A stretch of 52,929 nt of DNA. It comes from Hydrurus foetidus (Eukaryota). The stretch is taken from contig UYFQ01000474.1 in assembly GCA_900617105.1 (NCBI GenBank), positions 1-52,929 of the forward strand. Direction: 5' to 3'. The translations under genes were made by a program, and so were the position numbers. Below are positions 24,002-38,785 of the stretch, in pieces. The notes under the pieces were generated by a model that was given only the letters and a program-made list of their open reading frames with translations, searched no databases and had not been told where the DNA came from. Within the stretch, counting starts at the first letter, position 1; each line of letters opens with the position of its first letter.

Positions 24002-26468
24002 TCAGGCGGGATAGGCATAGGAATTTACCGGGTACAATACAGGAGTCACTGTCAGAGTCCTTGTGGGACTCCCTATAGGGGTTGCAGTGGCTGTAGGAGT
24101 GGACATTTTTTTGTCCTCCTCAATTGGTATTTTTTCTGGTGTGCATCTTTCTCTGATACAACAGAATAATAGTGCTAGCCCGATAGCGCTCATAAGAGAT
24201 ATTAATGTTCCTATCGCAACTGCCACCACATACGCATCCGAACCCGTACCTAATTTTCGTTTCAAAGTTTGTTGAATTAGACAATTGCGAAGTACTGTTG
24301 AGTAATAAGATGTACTTCGTACGGCAGTTCAGAGGGAATAAAGTTATCAAATGACTGAAATAAAAAGGCAATAAGAAGTAAGATTACGAGCAATCGAATT
24401 CTTTACTTACTTTGGTATACTGCCAGCGGATTGGATAATATCGTGGACGGCGCGAATGTGACTCTGCGTGTGGGGGGAGGGGTGGGGGTAGAGTACGTGG
24501 TTGGGCAGCGACTGAAACCCGGAGTGGCAGTCCCAAGTGACAAGAACACGGATTGCATTTTACCGAAATTAACTGACCCCAGCCCAGTAGTGGGGTCCCA
24601 TCCTTCGGTAGCGTGGAATCCGTGAGGACAGCACGTACCGTCCGCCGCACATCTGTTGTCACCGCTTGTGATGTCATTCACGAATTGGGATCCTTTCGAA
24701 TACAGTGTTGGGTTTATCCAGCCCACAGAGCCCTTCCCAATCTCAAAGCGAGCTGCATTGATGTTCGAAAAGTACCCGGCCAAAGTGGGAGCTGAGGCAG
24801 ATGTACCGGATAGCAAATACTCCTTTCCGGCTATCACGGTTAAATAGTTACTGCCAGCCAGGGATATATCCGGATATGCTCTCATAGAGGAGTTGTAACC
24901 GGATCGTAATTTGATTCCTGCTGCAGCTGCTGATGCGAAGTAGGCTTCGACAGCCTGCGTCTGCCAAGATGGGCGGGGATAGTAGGTTGAGAAACCGCCA
25001 CCGGAAGTGATAACCTGACCGGGTGTGTTGCCCTGTGCTACGACCTCGTTAGTGTCTCTCTCAACACCCTATACATAGAATGAGAATAGTGGAATGTCAG
25101 AGAATGAAATTAATTGATAGAAAGGTGCACATGTGACGTGATGATGAAGATAAATAATGAAAGGAAGTGATGATTCAATTTCAGTCGTACCGAGGTCGCG
25201 CCAACTACTGTGACGTACTGACTCGCAGCCGGAAAGTCTGACACATATCTGCATGACTTCACCGACCCTCCTCTCACATTCCTACTCAGCACTCCATCGT
25301 CACCACTTGATACAAATATCGTGACACCCATGACACTGAGTTTAAGAGCCACCACATTGAATGCATCATGAAGAGATTTAGAAATGTACTTTTCCTCCGT
25401 TCCATAACTTATGCTTAACACCAGAGGCGGTTTCGGGCTGTTCGATACAGCCACGAGCCATGCATTGAAACCTTGGTCCGTGTACCAGTGCGTTGTTGGA
25501 GATTTCTGAGAGGCCGCCATGATGTACTGAACATCTAAATTGCTTTCGCTGCACAGCTCAGCATTCTTGACGCATACGGCATGACTGTTATGGTCGTTGA
25601 TGACATCCACACCTTGTACTCGCAGGCCATGGTCTGTCTGGAACTGCGTCAGATCGGTGGGGCTGACGTTTTGTCCGATAGTTGCGAATATCGCTTGGGT
25701 AGATTTCTCGCTGCCAGACCCAGTCATATTGTAGACTGAATTGAGCTTTGCTGGAGTTACCACGCCATATTCAGCTGTCTTACGAAGATCATCGGTAAGT
25801 TCTTTGAAGATTGATTCGCCACCCCTTTCGTTGTACGGCATCTCGATAGTGTTGAGAATGCTAGCAACATGTGCTTCCAGGTGGGCAGGAACGGAATAAG
25901 TCTCTGCCCTTATTGAATGAGCGTACTCTCCATTCAACTTCTTCTGCTGGAATGAGTAGAACTCTGTATTCAGCAAACTTTCCCATACTGAAATCGGAGC
26001 CTCGCACGTTACGAAGTCTCCATCGAGGGTGACACTTTTGATCCTCGCGCCACTTTCTTCCAAGAATGAAGACACCAAGGATAAAGACTCTGGATTCGAT
26101 GTCAGGCTAGAGACCTCAAGCCTTGATAGATGCTGTCCGTAATTGACGCTGAGTGGATCTGACACATCGTGTAATATCCGAGACAGCTCTTTCATGTTGA
26201 GCTGTTTGATAACAAAAATGACCTCATGAATAACGTCACTTAGTACTCTAGCATTCTTCACTACGTCATCGCGAGTCTGAAGGTAAGGCATGGCCTCCTG
26301 GAAGACGTGCGAGCTTGGCCTGGGATTGGAGGCCTTCGCACGATCATCTGATCTCCGCAAGTTACCGAGGCTTGAAATTGAACTTAGACTCGTACTTGAA
26401 TATGAGCGTTGACTCGAGGAGGACACATGGCAGAAAGCGACGAGTAGAAGAAGAGGAGTCAAGCGCAT
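24002..26468 (-). CDS. Sedolisin / tripeptidyl-peptidase I-like S53 serine peptidase with prodomain and C-terminal TM anchor (3 exons: 26468-25191, 25068-24411, 24294-24002)
   Basis: Signal peptide MRLTPLLLLVAFC. Pro-kumamolisin prodomain (DVSDPLSVNYGQHLS). Catalytic ESNLDVQY, SISYG, SSGDDG, RAYPDIS, GTSASAP. Ca site DITSGDN..GWDPTTGLGS. Confidence 0.93.
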
Positions 26469-27727
26469 CGAGCACATTGCGCACATCGAGCACAGTGTCG
26501 AATTATGTACTGTAATGTATGTCGAATATTCAATTGACAATCCCGAATCCCAAATCTGGTAAAGTGCTGGTGCGTGTCGCTGTGTCGTGAGGTCCGTTCG
26601 GTTCGTTGCATACAGATCGAGATGTGAGGGTTGGTGCGATGAAATGAAAGAAAAAAGAAAAAAGAAACCCTCACACGAAACCGACACGGTTTCTTTTCTT
26701 TTTTGAAACCCGAAACCGATGGAGACGTTTTACTCCGTGCGTGTGTGTCGCATGCAAGTGCAAATGTTTTAATGTTTTAGTGTCGCCAGTGAATTCCCTG
26801 TACACGAAGTTGCATGATCAGTTTCCTTGAAACTCCCGTACGCTCTAAAGCAGGGTGACTCTTCTGAGTGAGAAGGAGCTGAGAAAGAGCAGGTAGATTG
26901 AATCGGAGAAAAACTACCGTACGTGGCCTGAAAGTGAAAGGATTAAACTGACAAAAATGAAGTGTATTCATACGAATGCTGTAACATATTTCCGACGCGG
27001 TAGGTATGGATTATCCTAACACTATTCAGAAACTTAATGAAAGAAGTTCTGAAGAAGTTTTGAATGGTAAAACAAAAAAAATTATTCTGACATGACATCT
27101 TTTTGAAGATTTTTCCTAATTTTACCTCAGGATTACGGTTTTGGAGCCAACAGTAAAAATTTGACATGACCACGTCATATACACAGAAACACTGATTTGT
27201 TGTTCCGTCACTGTGTCCAAGATAATCTGATGGACCTTTCTCACTATGTTAAGTGATTCTCATGGCTTGTCCCCTGTAGTCTATTCTGTAATCTTCAGCA
27301 GTGTTCGAACATGCTATGTATTTTTATGCACAGCACCATATGGACTGTAACGTACTGAACTGTAACATAGCGAGGCGTAACGAACTGTAATGTACTCCTT
27401 ATTTACAGAACCACTCAAAAATAAAAATCCGTACTAAAATTGATGACATGTAAAATTGTCCATTTTTCTGTATTTTAGTTCAAAATAGTGGCTACTCATG
27501 GAAATGTGCACATTGTCGTTTCTATCAATTATGTTCTTAGTGGACAATGTTCAATTTGACGGCAAAAATTAAACAGAAATTCGATAGATATAGTTGGTGT
27601 CATGTCACGTGCCTTGAAGTGGAGAGTGAAGAGTGAAGTTAAGTGGAGTCATGTATGTGCATTTGGTCATAAGATTTAACACTGCCTTGAATCTAATTTT
27701 ATTATCATCTTGTCTCTCATTTTGCTT

Positions 27728-30700
27728 TTATGTCGTTTTAAAAGTGTTGAAATCGCGCACCTAAAAATGAAAAAAAGAAAAAGAAAAAAGTGAAAAAAAT
27801 GACCTCATAGCAAATTATAAAATAATAAAAGAAAAACGATAGTAGTTGACTCAGTGAGTCTGTCAGTGTTTACTTCGCTGAGAATCTCCATTGCTCTTTG
27901 TAAGAGCTCCTTCATTTCCTTGCACGCTTTTCTCCGTGAAGCCACTTCGTCTGTTTCTCGCATCAATTCCGTTATAATGCCTTCCCTGTGTATTTTGAAT
28001 TGTGGTGAGTTATGTCATTTTAATGTATCAACAGTAACAACAATAATAATGGTAGCAACAACATTAGCAACAATCACAAAAACAATGTCTTTGGACTTTC
28101 AACGTAACACATTCCACACACACATCCACACGCACGTACGCACCTGTACAGTTGTGACACCAGTTCGTTCTGTAATCCGTCTTTGAATTTATTCACCAAA
28201 AAGTGCATCACTGCTTTAGGTACCAGATCCATGTAATTTTTCTGAAATAAATGAATAAACGGATATTGAGTAGGTCAGGCAGTCATACGAACAGGATGCT
28301 ATTGTCAGGGAGTGTCTCTCCGTACACTAGGGATGAGAACATATCTCATCTCATTCAATCAATCTCAATTCTATTCAATTTAATTCTATTCTATTTAATA
28401 TAATTCAATTCTATTCAACTCTACTCAATTCAATTCTATTCAAAATGTAACGGTTGGCCCTACTTTCCATCGCGCTACTATGATAATTTCATTTAGTACC
28501 CATACATTCACACAAATATACATACATGTTTATCTAACAATAGTCTGTCGATTTTTTCTGTCCAATCTGTTCACTACATCCCTCTCCTTCTCCTCCCTTT
28601 TTTTCCTCTCCTGTCATCTTTCGTAAATCGTCACAAATTCAATCTATCTCTCTCTCATTCATCTCCTCCCTTCTTCGCTCCTCCTCTTTCTACCCTTTTT
28701 CTCCTTTACCAACTTTCATAATCATCTCCTATCTTCTCTGCTGCTACAACACTTCACTCCGAACATCCTTCTTTTCCTTTTTCTTTCTCTTTATTCTTTC
28801 TTACCTTGACGATGTCGAAGTATGATCCAATCAGAGATTTTATTATTTCCGTTTCGACCCTATTTATTGGAGAGAAAATAAAATAAAATGTTTTCATAAG
28901 AAAAAATCAGCGTCTAGAAAAAATAAAATAGTATTTCTTACAGACGTAGGAGTATGAGAATTCAATACTTGTATTCAATAAAAATCGATGGTGCACAGTA
29001 AGATTGTACAAAGAGTAAGTACGTTTTGCACGTACCTTTCTCTGTCGGTGGGCGTGGTGGTACCTCTCATGCGATCAGGCACCTGATGGAGACAGTGATG
29101 GAGAGTGATGGTGAGTGATGGGGAGTGATGGGGAGTGTGTGTGCGGTGATGGTGAGTGATGGGAAGTGTGTGTGCGGTGAATGGAGGAAGGAAGGGGGTG
29201 GGGACTAGAGGAATTGATGACGGATTGGGAGTGGGGGTCAAGTAGGAGGAGGGAGAGGATGTGCGTGTGAGTGTGTGGAGGGATGTGAGGAGGAGAAGGA
29301 AGAGGTAAGGGTAATGCCTGAGAGGTGTAGGAGTTGAGTTTCACATCACATCGCTTCATATTTACCGGAGGTAGTTTAACGTAGGAATCTTGAAATGGCT
29401 GGTTCGCGGTCCCCGTCCCTGTCCCTTGATACACTGGGAAGCCATTGGCAGCTGAGGAGAAAGAGAAAGATTATGTGTTGGTTTGAAATGTATTGATTTT
29501 TACGGATTTACCATTCTTAGTGAATTGTTGAGCGATTATAAAAATGCTGATAATGATGATAATAGTGATAATAATAATAGTAACAATAATAATGGTAATT
29601 ATCATCATAGTAAAAATGATGATGTAGTGATGGTAATGTAATCAGAATGATAAAGATAATGATATTATGTAGGAGTCTTAAAGTGACCACTAAATATTGT
29701 CAACAGATACTTCATTTGAACAATTTCATGTAAACAATTCAAATATGGACTTACCTTGCTTTGCCGGAACCTTACTGGTACTTACTACCGGGGGTACGGC
29801 TTCCCTCCCTTTAAATATTCCTAAGAAACCTCCCTGGGCTGTAGCAGCAAATCAAATGTTAAATCATCAAATTAATTTGAATTGTAAAAAGAATCATGGA
29901 AAATCGAAAGAAATAAAACACAGCAAAACAAAATTGATAATTATCACCAGTGAGAAGAATTATAAAAAAGCAATATTTCGTACAAATAACTCACTTTGAG
30001 GCTGGCCACCCATGAATCCGTTATTTTGCCCTCCAGTGGGAGCGGGTGTTGGGGTGGTGAGGGATGCAGCCTCTTTGGGGACATTGACGGCTGTGGGGGT
30101 ATTGGGGGTTTGGGGTCCTAAAAGAGAGGGAAAAAGGAAGAAAAATGATATGAAAAACAGAGAAGAAAAGAGGAGGAAAAAGAAAGAAAAAAGATATGAA
30201 AAAAGAGAAGAAAAGAGTAGGGAAAAGAGAGGAAAAGAGGAGGAAAAAGAGAAGTTGAAGGGTATGAAGGAAGGAGAATGGGGTGATATAAGAAAATGAC
30301 GAATGAGTGAAGAGACATGAGGGAGGACGATGGCTGGGAGATGGCAGGCAGATACAATGAGCAAGATAGATGGAGAAGAAATGAGGTAGGCCTTCTCCCC
30401 ACACACACACACACTACATCGCCCCCTCATGAGTTACATTCTCTCCGTCCCCCCATTGTATCTCCACTACCATCCCCTCCTTCTTCTCATCCTCTAAATA
30501 GGATTTCTCCACTCCTCCCCCTCATCTCTTGTATCACATAAAACAAAAAATGGACGATTCTTAGCTTCTCAGTGTTTACCTTGCTGGGCGAATGCTGCTT
30601 CTCCAGCTGTCTTAGGAACATCGCTGGGATTGTTCAATTTCTTGTTCAACTGAGCAACTGCCTGTAAAAAAGTAAAGAAGAAAAGAGGAGAAGAGGAAAT

Positions 30701-33515
30701 GAAGGATTGAATAGAGGTGAGAAGTGAGGTGATGTGATGCTAAAAAAGAGAGATTTGAGGCTCTGATGGTGGCGTGGAAGATATAAAGGGATGAAAAAAC
30801 AGTCTCAGTAAAGAGAAGAGTTTGGGAAATTAAAGGAAAAAAAATATTGTAGCATTGTACAGTATATTACATTTTGGCGAAGTAAACTTAATTTACGACA
30901 GCTTTATGGACCGTGGGTCAGATTCCGTACCTGTTTTCCACCGATAAAATCCGGGTGGGAGGTGTTGATGTATGCGAGTTCTATGGCGATCAGGTTAGAG
31001 ATCATCTTCTGCGCAGGTATCACACAGTCCTTCAGGGACTGTTAGTGAAGGAGGGGAGGGGGTGGGGAGGAGTAAGGGAAGAGGGATAAGATGGAGGAAG
31101 GGGGAAGGGATGGATAAAGGGATGGAGAGAAGAGGGAGGGATGAGATGATGAGATGAAATGATGATGAGGACGATGATGATTGATGATGATGATGATGAT
31201 GATGACGATGATTACGATGATGATGATGATGATGATGATGATGACATATTATGATGATGATGATGATGATGATGACGACATGATGATGATGATGTGATGA
31301 TGATCATATGATGATGATGATGATGATGATGACGATGATGATGATGATGATGACGACCATATGATGATGATGATGGATGATGAGACATATTATTGATGAT
31401 GATGATGATGATGACATGATACAGTGATGATGAAAAGAAGGGATGACATAGAAATGATCATGATGATGGTCGAGGACAAAGACAGATCACGATCCTGAGA
31501 TGCAACAATGACAAACGATCTTATATGTAATAGATGGATAGCAGAGGAGGAGAAGAACGAGAAGAGAGAAAGAGTGGGAAAAAAAAGAGATGGGTCGCGA
31601 TAGGGATGAGATGAGACAGGAGAAGAAGAAAGAAGTTGATATAGATGTAGGAGAGGGACAGAATAGGATAATTGATGAGCGAAGAATAGATGAGGGGAGA
31701 TCAGCGACAATGCAATCTCAGTGTTATTAAGAGAAGAGCTGTTGAAAACAGAGGAGGGAAAAGAAGTAATCTATTTTACTGTGGATGTATCTCAGCAATC
31801 ATTAAGAATGACATTTTATTAATAGGCATTATCAACGCACCTCTTTCACGACATCGAACATTTTGCTTTTCAGTTCCGGGTACCGACTTAAATCCATAGG
31901 AGCACATTGAGACGCCTGTTAAGTGATAGAAAGTAAAATAAATAAAATAGTATATTAAGATGCCTTTCCATGAATATTAAGTCGAGTGATGGGAAGTTAA
32001 TTGAAGGAAAAAGTAAAGTATGGTGAAGTAAAGTAAAGTAAAGTAAAGTAAAGTAAAGTAAAGTACAGCAAAGTAAACAGAAAGTAAAGTAAAGTAAAGT
32101 ACAGCAAAGTAAACAGAAAGAAAATGAGATAGGATGTAATGGAATTACATGAAAAGTGTGCTGTCATTTATTACGAACTAAATTGAAATTGGCTTCAAAA
32201 CGCGTCCATGTAATCACAATGAATACAACAACAAAAGTATTTCCCATCAATTGATCACGGCAACTTTTTTAAAAGGTATTACAAATACTTTAATTACGAT
32301 AAAATTGAATAAAATTTAAAAAAACGATTTAAAACAAAAGGAGACGAAAAATTTCAAGTAGTTGATAATATGAAATTTACACACCATCCTTTCCATTTCA
32401 TCGTATGAGAGTTTGACGCATTCTAGTCCAGGTTGCTCTAATCGGGATATCTGTCTTCTCACCAACAAATCAAATGAAATTTCTGGCGTGAAAAAGAAGA
32501 GAAAAAGTGATTGATGTTAGTTAACACCGTAGTGAGAAGTAGATAGTGTAAGAGCGAAAAGGAAAAGAAATGGATAAATGAGAAAAAAGTGACATATGAA
32601 GTGAAGTAGAAGAGAGAGAGGTATCGAGTGAGGTCGCATCGAGTAAGGCTGGAGTGGATTATATTGGCTGACATGTACATTTTAGCATACGTATGTAATT
32701 ACAGAGGAAGAGTAGTATGTAATTGCTCTACATGATTCAAGCACTAAAATGCATTGGAGTCAAATCAGGTATTCTCATCTAACTAAAGATAGGCAGCTAC
32801 TGAACAAAATAGAAAATACAAGAAACAAACAAACATGCAAACAAACATACAAACAAACAAATAAAAATGAAAAATCAACAAAAAAAACACATTAATTCCT
32901 ACATATAATCAGTGACTTACCAGGAACGAAAAGAGAGGACCTGGGACCGTTTGCATTCGCTATGGCGATTCTGATGTCCTCATCGTCCAGGCCTTCGAAG
33001 GGATCCAGGGTCTTCATTGTCTTGCCGAATATCTTTGATTGTTGTTATTTATGTGTGTGGTTTCGGGAATGTGATTTTATTGATGTGAATCTTGGGTGGT
33101 GGGCGAAGATGTATATGGATAAGTGGTGACATCGATTACGTGCAGACTACGTTTAGATCGTACGATTAATATCGCGATGACGTGACGTGATGACTGTGAT
33201 GACGGTAGTGCAGAGATCAGTGATGGTGATTGCAGTGATGGGGACTACTGTTACTTTGATCACTTAATGGTGACGGTGACATTCATTATCCTACTTGTCA
33301 CTGCGACTGTGATGGTCAAGATAAACGTAATTGTGCGTGACACAAGGGATGAGTCGAATAGAGGGTATGTGGGTGTGAGAGAGATAGACGTAGATAGGGA
33401 GATGAGGAGAGTGATAGCGCACACACAGAGAAAGACTTCAAGAATATGCGAATGCACGGAAATAGACAGACATATCATACTTATATGTATATGCATCTCT
33501 CTCACTCTGTCTCTC

Positions 33516-33586
<71 letters not shown>

Positions 33587-36003
33587 GTCTCTCTCTTCCT
33601 CCCCTATCTCCCTATATTTCTCTCTTCATTCTTTCACACATTGAAAATACTCATACATGAATACATACGTGTGACTGCACTTGCGCACGTGCGTATATGA
33701 ACACACACACGCACATGTACATACACACGCGTACATACGCACACATGCATACGTACTTCATTGAATATGTAAGATAGCCGTGCCCCTCCGTATAGATCGT
33801 TCATCTCCTCGCCCCCCACAGTGGTTCCCTTCCCATCCACCCCGTCACACACACTCATGGCGTACTTGGACAGGAGGTTGAGGAGGATGCCACCTATTGT
33901 GTGTTGTGTTATGTGATGTGATGTGCAATGATGTGTTGAGATCTGTAGTGTGTTGTGTTACGTGTAATGTGTTGGGATATGGGTGATGGAGGTAGATATG
34001 ATGATGATAGAAGAGGTTATCGTTATTAAGATGATAGTGACATGACGACGGTAAAGATGATCAAGATATAAATGTCAATGCAGAGCAGACACACGCGTGT
34101 TGTCACAGTTTACGAGAAAATATGTGTCATGACTTGAAAAGAATTCATTTAGTAAACTGCTAATGCTTATGAAAGCTCCCACCCATTTTCGATATTCCCT
34201 GTGCATCCGCTGGCTCTCCTAGGACATCAATGTTGCTCTGTGTATTTGTTGTACGTAATAGCGTATTTTACTTAACGTGATAAGTGACATTTGACATAAT
34301 ATTATATTCTACATGATACATAACTTTCGATATGATATGTAAAATTTAATACAATTAATTAATATAGAATAGAATAAATAGTAGAAGTGACATTTGCGAT
34401 GGATTAGAATTTAGCACTCTAGAAAAGAGCACATCCAATAAAAATAAAATAGTACCTGTACACTATTTAACAATGCGACAATTCGAGCTTTAATTTCCGG
34501 CAAACTTTCTTTAATATGCAACATTAAAATTTGATTTAATGATCTGGACAAATTAACTGTCCCACATTTGGTAAGAATGTCTCTGTATTTAGGATGAGAT
34601 TGGAAGAACTTTTGTTCTTTTATTAATCCTTGTCTGATAGGCAGATCTTCGTTGATATCTTTTTGAGAACGATTCACGACTGCCACATATCCTCTACAAA
34701 GAAGAAAAAGAAGAGGAAGAAGAAAAAGGAGAAGCAGTAGGAGATGTAGATCACATAAGAAGAAAATAGGAAAAAAGAGGAAGGAAGGATAAAGAAGAGG
34801 GAAAAAAGAAAAAGTACAGAAGAAGGAGATTTGAGGTAATGTGACTGGGAGTATTGTAGTACATACGGTACACGACTTCGTGCATGATGCCTTTGTGTGG
34901 AGACACTGATGTGTGCTATGGGATCAGTGCAGTGCAGTGCAGTGCAGTGCAGTGTGGAGTAGTGTGATGTAGTGTAGTGTAGTGCAGTACAGTAAGGCGC
35001 ACTGAAATGAAGTGCAGTGCAGTGCAGTGCAAAGCAGCACAGTAAAAACGTAGCAGTGCAGCGTAGTACAGTGCAGTATCGCGTGGCATCATATCGTATC
35101 TATCGTACGTACACACTTACGTACCTTTTCAGCGGCACCACACGATTGAGCAGAACTTCTGCACAGTCAGTTCCCTGAAAGAAGTCGAGCATTCAAAACA
35201 TTCATAATATTGCGAGTGCTTTTATTTGTTGTGATTGGTATGTGTTATTGAATAAATATTGCGTGAATCAGTTAGCACATAAATGATAGTGTCTATCGGT
35301 AAGGCACTGTGCAGTTTGTTAAATACGGTCCATTGACTTATTAAGTCAACAATTCAATAATCTATTTAGTCGCTCTCTCGTACGTGCTTGAAGTTGCGAT
35401 AGTGATATCATAGAGTGCATAACGGTGACGGTTACACTTCAGACAATTTCTACGGATACTTCAATACAACTTCATGTTGAAGTGTTACCGAAACAGAATA
35501 AAATATTCAAAATGACGATTGAAAACGGGTTGAAGTTTGAGCACTGTTGAAGTCACCATATCATTTTCAACGTGGATTCTTCTCATTCTTAGATGTCATA
35601 TTTTATTATATTTTGGGAACAATTTACCTGGTCCATGATGTCCACTTTGGTGAGAACTCCCACGGTCCTGAGTCCCTCTGGGTCCACACTGCGAGCCATC
35701 TTCAACCCGTCACTATTCACTGGGGTGAGAGGGGAGGGAGGAGAGTGGGGGTGAGAGGAGAGGGAGGAGAGTGGGGGTGAGAGGAGAGGGAGGAGTGGGG
35801 GTGAGAGGAGAGGAGGAGTGGGGTGAGAGGAGAGGGAGGAGTGGGGGTAGAGGGAAAGAGGTGGGGTGGGAGAGAGAGAAGAAGGAAGACAGGAGCAGAA
35901 GTGACTGAGGTGAAATGGAATGGCAGAAAATGTGAATGAACAATTGATAATATGGAATGGATAAGGCATGTGACACATGTAGCAAAAAGCGAACATAAAA
36001 ACA

Positions 36004-36047
<44 letters not shown>

Positions 36048-38345
36048 GACCAATCATTTAGTCAGCCACGAATTGATTGATTCACTGACTATCTGAAAGA
36101 CCACAAACTGATTGACGGGCAAAGTAACAGACAGACAGACAGACAACAGTCATAAACGTGACTCACCTATATCTTGGTTCGCCCCTGTGACAGCTAGTAT
36201 GATTGCGTTGGGATTGCTGATGAACTCATAGCACATTAGTCGAATCTGTCGCATACAATAAAAGATGACATGGTATTAGTCTTATTTATCACGAACAATT
36301 CGATGCAGTGTAGGAATGATGGATGAGGTATTGGCTAGTAGAAATGACATCTTGTGGGATGCAATGCAATGAAATGCAATGCAGTGTACCGTAATTAAGA
36401 TGTGCTTCTACATAACATCGGTGAGAATGATACAGTACGCGTAGAATTTGATTCCCTCTCAATCAGGTGAGAAACATTTTGTATTCCGTATTCTGTATTT
36501 TGTATTCTGTACCTGCTCCTCCACATCTTCAGGTTGGTCTCCTACAATATCCCCAGGGGGAAGATTACATTTCAGTATTAGAACAGTGGAGGTCAGAAAT
36601 AGAAAAGCAAAGATGACTAAATGAAGACTTGTATAATGAGTTGATAACTTTGAATAATAATGCAGGCAGTGCGACACTCTGATTTTCAGAACTCGATGTG
36701 TAATAGAAATTTGTTCGAGACAGTATTTACGGCTAATTTATTGAACGGATATCAGATAAAAATGAATCTTTTTTCCATTCTCACAGTGTAATGCAATCAA
36801 CAAGTCAATACAAACACATTTACAAATGCACACACACACACACACACACACACAAACTCTCTCACACACTCTCTCGTACACACGTTCGTACGTACCTGTA
36901 GGAACCTTCGTTATACCGGGTAAGTCGACAAGTGTCAAGTTAAGAACGTGTGGGGAGAAAATCTTGAGATTAATTGGGATTTTAGAAATTCCTTTATTCT
37001 TTCCTGTGAGAGAATTACGTCAGTGCGATGTTTAAAATATTTTGAATTTTATGAAATTTAGTGTGGTATGATTCGTCACATTTTTTTCTTTTTCTTTTTC
37101 GTATCCTGTTGAAATATTGTTGTAGTGGTGCTGAATGGTTGATGACATAGTCTGATATGAATGTAAAGTACTTTATCAAGAAGAATGACGTCACACTTGC
37201 AATCGGAACAATATGCAGAACACTACAGACATTCTGATGCACATGACGACAGAACAAATAATTGTTACTACAATAAAATCCCGATAAGAATAATAGATTA
37301 ACAATATCTAGAGATGATAATGGGAATTTGACTAGACACTATTTGACACAGAATTTCATTTGGAAAAATTAGTGCAGCAAAAAGAAATAAAATCCGAACA
37401 AATTTAACTTCAAACAACGTGCTTCTTACCTGACATTCTCTCTGTTTCCTTCTCGATTTCTTTTCTAATTGCACCAAAATCGTAGAATCGATTAGACGGC
37501 AAGTGAAGAAACTCTCCCCACTCTTCTCCTCTGAATAATTGTTGCAGAATGATGTGCGTCAGACCCACAGTAGAACTTTTTAAAACTCTCAAAACTAACA
37601 TCCAGAATATTAACTGACGCCACAATTGATGACGTTTTCAAAAAATTAGCACAATTCACACAAACAACTTCAATAGATAAACATCATTCTTAGGAACTTG
37701 TGTTAGGAACTTGTGCTAGGAACTTCTGTTAGGAACTTTTGTTCTTACCTTGCGGCCTCCTCTTCGGTGAAATCATCGATATTGACTTGATACAGCTGCA
37801 GAACAAGCGGTCTCCGAGTGCATATACCGTGGGATCGGGGGAGGAAGTCTCTGCGTAACAGTTGGTATAATATGGTCAATCGACAGACTGGTATATGTAT
37901 AGATAGATGTTATGATCAATTAGAGCGTCAAAAGATGCGTCACTGGCCCGATATATTCTTCTCAATGCGACATGTGATTCGTGATCTATCAGCTAAATTG
38001 ACAGAGGATCGATGACTTTGTATTCGAAGACAAATCCTTATAAATCATATTCCGCAGCAGTATTCTAAAGCTGCATAAGTGGAGCAGCTCTCGCTAATCT
38101 CTAAAGCTGTCGATATGTGAAGACATCGGTATCATTTGCATGGGTCCTTGTCGAATCCCGCTGGATAGAGGCAGCTTCACATCCACAATTCAAGTTGGTT
38201 ACCTCCCGACGATGTTTTCGAGAACTGATGATTTCCCGGCAGACTGGGAACCAACGACAACAATTTGCGGGAGATCAACTGGCTGGTGACCAATGGCACC
38301 AAAGACATCCTGAAGTTTATTGACAATTGGGATCAGCTGATCCAT
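27728..38345 (-). CDS. Dynamin-related protein (DRP1/Dnm1/Vps1-like GTPase), about 24 exons
   Basis: [14 protein letters not shown]-loop [71 protein letters not shown]. Last exon [10 protein letters not shown] at 27760-27728. Includes a 29-nt exon at 36541-36513. Confidence 0.96.
31141..31435. repeat. (GAT)n microsatellite in a dynamin intron
   Basis: Directly visible imperfect GAT run. Confidence 0.95.
32026..32120. repeat. (AAGTA)n pentamer run with an internal duplicated block in a dynamin intron
   Basis: AAGTA units plus a repeated AAGTACAGCAAAGTAAACAGAAAG block. Confidence 0.9.
33517..33580. repeat. (TCTG)n microsatellite in a dynamin intron
   Basis: Directly visible. Confidence 0.95.
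35720..35860. repeat. G-rich ~19-24 bp minisatellite (GTGGGGGTGAGAGGAGAGGGAGGA-like) abutting a dynamin splice acceptor
   Basis: About 5-6 imperfect tandem copies; pyrimidine-rich on the gene's sense strand. Confidence 0.85.
37690..37743. repeat. 13-bp tandem repeat (TTAGGAACTTGTG) x4 next to a dynamin splice donor
   Basis: Directly visible, with point variants. Confidence 0.9.
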
Positions 38346-38785
38346 TTCTCTGGAGACAATTGACCGTTGTTTGTTGCTTTTGTTCTAGGGGCAGTTTCGA
38401 TTCAAAATGAAATATTTCGCGCAGAAAGTAATCAAAACAGAGTAAAGTCTTCGACGACAGTCTCGCGCAATTAACCGCCAATAGATATCAATGAATTCCG
38501 GATCTCAAAAAGATGAAGTGTAACCACCAAGCAGGGAAGGATCGATCGATACTCTCTCGATCAGATCAAAGATCAAAGTGGTATTTTCAGGCATTTCAAT
38601 TTTCGATCAAAATAATTTACGGAAATTTCCTGGGCATCATTTTTTCCCCGATTTATTGCAACCCGACCTCGATTTCCAATTTCGACAGTTGAGTTGACTT
38701 CTCCCTTTCGTTATTTTGTTCTCTCGCAACACTGCGGTGACGATGTTCCCACACAAATAATACAGCACCTCCATCTCTCAGCACA

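Noticed and set aside
31141..31435. (TGATGA)-rich tract as box C/D snoRNA or poly-Asp/His exon
   Set aside because: Simple trinucleotide microsatellite inside a dynamin intron; flanking exons join in frame without it.
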